From positions 83-64,082 of the forward strand of contig JALWPK010000137.1 of NCBI GenBank assembly GCA_026995045.1: a stretch of DNA of 64,000 nt, read 5' to 3'. Shown piece by piece: positions 61,380 to 64,000 of this stretch. The notes below the pieces were generated by a model. It saw only the letters and a program-made list of their open reading frames with translations, searched no databases and was not told the origin of the DNA. This stretch comes from Gammaproteobacteria bacterium. Lineage in GTDB: Bacteria > Pseudomonadota > Gammaproteobacteria > SZUA-229. Each line of letters starts with the position of its first letter. Position 1 is the first letter of the stretch. A program made the position numbers and the translations under genes.

Positions 61380-61823
61380 ATGAAAATCATATATGCCAAC
61401 ATTGTATTTTTTCTGTTTGTGTTATATGGCTTGATTGGTACCACGCAAATCAGGCTCACTTCAAAGTTTTGGCAGAGTATGGATAGCCTTACAACCGAAT
61501 ATGATCTTGTTTCAGTCATTTTCGTTGTCTGGTTAATTTTCACAATAATAGGCTTGGTCATGAAAAAACCATGGGCTTATGCTCATGCATTATCTGCTAA
61601 TGCTGTTATAGCGGTAGTGCCTATGTTGTTGTACATTGTTGCAACCATTATGCTTTGGGGTGAAATTGATCATATTGAATCAGCAAAACGATCAGCAAAT
61701 GATTTTATTGTTTCTATTACCAGCTTTGTGTTTTGGTTAATACTGTATAAATCCAGCAAAGTTAAAAACGCATATAACAAATCGCCAAACCAAGCCAGCG
61801 CAAACAACGCGCCTCATGGTTAG
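61380..61823 (+). CDS. 4-TM hypothetical membrane protein, cassette-like
   Basis: AT-rich; preceded by GTTATAAGC; stop codon falls inside the attC-like site. Confidence 0.75.
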   Translation: MKIIYANIVFFLFVLYGLIGTTQIRLTSKFWQSMDSLTTEYDLVSVIFVVWLIFTIIGLVMKKPWAYAHALSANAVIAVVPMLLYIVATIMLWGEIDHIESAKRSANDFIVSITSFVFWLILYKSSKVKNAYNKSPNQASANNAPHG

Positions 61824-61837
61824 CTCAGCCGTTATCG
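61770..61837 (+). mobile_element. attC-like integron recombination site
   Basis: GCATATAAC-AAATCGCCAAACC ... GGTTAGCTCAGCC-GTTAT; R''/L''/L'/R' layout. Confidence 0.7.
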
Positions 61838-61854
61838 GGCCGCTCTACCCGCAC

Positions 61855-62079
61855 CTACGCACAGCAGGCCCGCATGCCAGTCAACACATGGCTGATGTCC
61901 TTGCCTAGATGCGGATGGTGTTGCAGCTGTTGAAAACAGACATCGAAGCGCTGAATGTACTGCCGCGCCTTGTGGCGTCCGAAATTTTCCAGGCTGTAGC
62001 GATAAATTGCTTCCAGGTCAGCCTCGGCCGCCGGTTTTAGCTTCAGATGATGGACGGATTCAGAATTGGTTTTCTTCAT
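61855..62079 (-). pseudogene. parE: ParE/RelE toxin, apparently C-terminally truncated
   Basis: L.PAAEADLEAIYRYS..NFG...A..Y..P.LG; stops before the expected H.I.Y / RVLH C-terminal strands. Confidence 0.7.
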
Positions 62080-62323
62080 CACGCATCGAATCCATTCGAG
62101 TCAGAAACTGCTCCATATCCCAGTCAGACGCCTCACCGCTGGCTTCGCCCTGCGCCAGCAGTTTTTGCAGCAAAGCCAGTCGTGATGCCGCCTTTTGCTC
62201 CTGTAGCAGCCGTAGCCCGTCCCGAACCACCTCGCTGCTTGTTTTGTAACTGCCTGATTTTACTTGTTGATCAATAAACTTCCGGAGTTCTTCGCCGGTA
62301 TCAACGGTTATTGTGCGCGCCAT
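62060..62323 (-). CDS. parD: ParD-family antitoxin
   Basis: FIDQQVKSGSY.T.SEVVRDGLRLL..L..G..SG. Confidence 0.92.
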   Translation of the reverse strand: MARTITVDTGEELRKFIDQQVKSGSYKTSSEVVRDGLRLLQEQKAASRLALLQKLLAQGEASGEASDWDMEQFLTRMDSMRDEENQF

Positions 62324-62529
62324 GAGACCACCGCTTTGTAAGAAATATGCTTACATCGGAGTATAGGGCAATACTCCATGCGCGAGCAAGCAAGCCGGCC
62401 GTCGTGACGACTATCCCAAAAGCATATTAGTAAACAATAATTTATTTATATAAGCTACAGCTTTTCTAATTGGCGGGCATGCGCCCGCTTCGGCTATAGT
62501 GCCGCATCCAGAATTGAACGGAACAGCTT

Positions 62530-64000
62530 ATGTCCAGGCCCTTGCACAATCCGACTGCGAAACCGGTTGACGACAACTGCCGCGTCGAAACCAAAAACAC
62601 CACCTGTTATATGTGCGCCTGCCGCTGCGGCATCCGCGTCACGCTGCGCGATGGCGAGGTGCGCTACATCGAGGGTAATCCGGAGCATCCGCTGAACAAG
62701 GGCGTGATCTGCGCCAAGGGCGCCTCCGGCATCATGAAGCAGTATTCGCCGGCGCGCCTCACCAAGCCGCTGCTGCGCAAACCGGGAAGCGACCGCGGCG
62801 AGGGCAAGTTCGAGGTGATCAGCTGGGAAAAAGCCTTCGACATGCTGGAAGAACGTCTCGCCAATATCCGCCACACCGACCCGAAAAAATTCGCGCTGTT
62901 CACCGGCCGCGACCAGATGCAGGCGCTGACCGGGCTGTTCGCCAAACAGTTCGGCACGCCCAACTATGCGGCGCACGGCGGTTTTTGCTCAGTGAACATG
63001 GCCGCGGGCATGATTTACACCATCGGCGGCTCGTTCTGGGAGTTTGGCGGGCCGGATCTGGATCGCTCCAAGCTGTTCGTGATGATCGGCACCGCCGAGG
63101 ATCATCACTCCAACCCGATGAAAGTGGCGCTGTCGAAATTCAAGCGCCAGGGCGGCAAGTTCATCGCCATCAACCCGGTGCGCAGCGGTTACGCCGCCAT
63201 CGCCGATGAATGGATTCCCATCAAGCCGGGCACCGATGGCGCGCTGTTCCTCGCGCTGATTAACGAGATTATCAAACAGGGTTTGTACGACCGCGAGTTT
63301 CTGGTGCGCTACAGCAACGCCGCCGAGCTGGTCAACATGGATGAAAACTCCACCGAGCACGGCATGTTCGTGCGTTTTGAGGTGCCCAAGGAGGAGGGTT
63401 GTTTCGATGCGCAGAACAAACTGTGGTGGGATCGCCACCTCGACAAGCCGATTTCGATGCACACCGACGGCAGCGACCCGTACCTGCTGGGCGAGTTCAA
63501 GCTGGACGACGGCACCCCGGTGAAAACGGCGTTCCAGTTGCTGGTCGACCGGGTGAAGCAATACACACCGGAATGGGCCGCTGAAATCACCGGCATCCCG
63601 GCCGACACCATCACCCGCCTAGCCTATGAAATGGGCATCACCGCGCGCGATGAAAAAATCGAGCTGCCCATCGCCTGGACCGACGCCTGGGGCAACGAAC
63701 ACGACCGCATCAAGGGCAACCCGGTGTCATTCCACGCCATGCGCGGACTGGCGGCGCATTCCAATGGCTTCCAGACGATTCGCGCGCTCTCTATATTGAT
63801 GAGTATTCTGGGCACCATCGACCGCCCCGGCGGCTTCCGCCACAAGGCGCCGTTCCCGCGGCCGATTCCACCCTGCGCCAAAACCCCGACCGGGCCGGAA
63901 GCGGTGCAACCTGACACCCCGCTCGACGGCATGCCGCTGGGCTGGCCGGCCGACCCGGATGATTTGTTTGTCGACGATGACGGCCAGCCTGTACGCATCG
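62530..64000 (+). CDS. soeA: Sulfite:quinone oxidoreductase molybdopterin subunit SoeA, 3' end cut by window edge
   Basis: Translated by hand from ATG 62530: TTCYMCACRCGI..CAKG..GIMKQYSPARL, FTGRDQMQALTG, AAHGGFCSVNMAAG, GGSFWEFG, EDHHSNP, HAMRGLAAHSNGF; no Tat signal. Confidence 0.9.
   Translation, partial: MSRPLHNPTAKPVDDNCRVETKNTTCYMCACRCGIRVTLRDGEVRYIEGNPEHPLNKGVICAKGASGIMKQYSPARLTKPLLRKPGSDRGEGKFEVISWEKAFDMLEERLANIRHTDPKKFALFTGRDQMQALTGLFAKQFGTPNYAAHGGFCSVNMAAGMIYTIGGSFWEFGGPDLDRSKLFVMIGTAEDHHSNPMKVALSKFKRQGGKFIAINPVRSGYAAIADEWIPIKPGTDGALFLALINEIIKQGLYDREFLVRYSNAAELVNMDENSTEHGMFVRFEVPKEEGCFDAQNKLWWDRHLDKPISMHTDGSDPYLLGEFKLDDGTPVKTAFQLLVDRVKQYTPEWAAEITGIPADTITRLAYEMGITARDEKIELPIAWTDAWGNEHDRIKGNPVSFHAMRGLAAHSNGFQTIRALSILMSILGTIDRPGGFRHKAPFPRPIPPCAKTPTGPEAVQPDTPLDGMPLGWPADPDDLFVDDDGQPVRI

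Noticed and set aside
62494-63998. Minus-strand ORFs listed in the track at the right end
   Set aside because: Antisense shadows of soeA

Overview
Chromosomal window from a Gammaproteobacterium, probably a sulfur oxidiser (soeA, a DsrC/TusE-family gene and a BigR/SqrR-type repressor are present). Left to right: ntrC (cut by the window edge); an 18-kb MSHA/type IV-like pilus locus with an ABC module, a sigma-54-driven major pilin and a split PrsK/PrsR-like two-component pair; trmL, gpsA, secB, rhodanese, arsR, envC, ctpA, a deacetylase and DJ-1; a DsrC-family gene; PPi-type PEP carboxykinase; glmU; atpIBEFHAGDC; parAB and rsmG. A 15-kb accessory island then splits the normally adjacent mnmG and rsmG. 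After mnmG come toxin-antitoxin modules, AT-rich integron-cassette-like genes and soeA (cut by the edge, absent from the ORF track). The best candidate for an undescribed system is the island (about 42.5-57.6 kb). It encodes a giant secreted SBP56/methanethiol-oxidase-fold protein that keeps the His motifs but has Phe at a position where a TTQ-forming Trp is expected, a VPLPA/PEP-CTERM protein, a GlyGly-CTERM protein, CusBA without CusC, a secreted 15-repeat ankyrin, a GspC-like PDZ protein, an FKBP and an Lnt. Both CTERM genes have matching sigma-54 promoter + IHF-like + enhancer-like architecture. All calls come from motif reading alone; no database searches were run.
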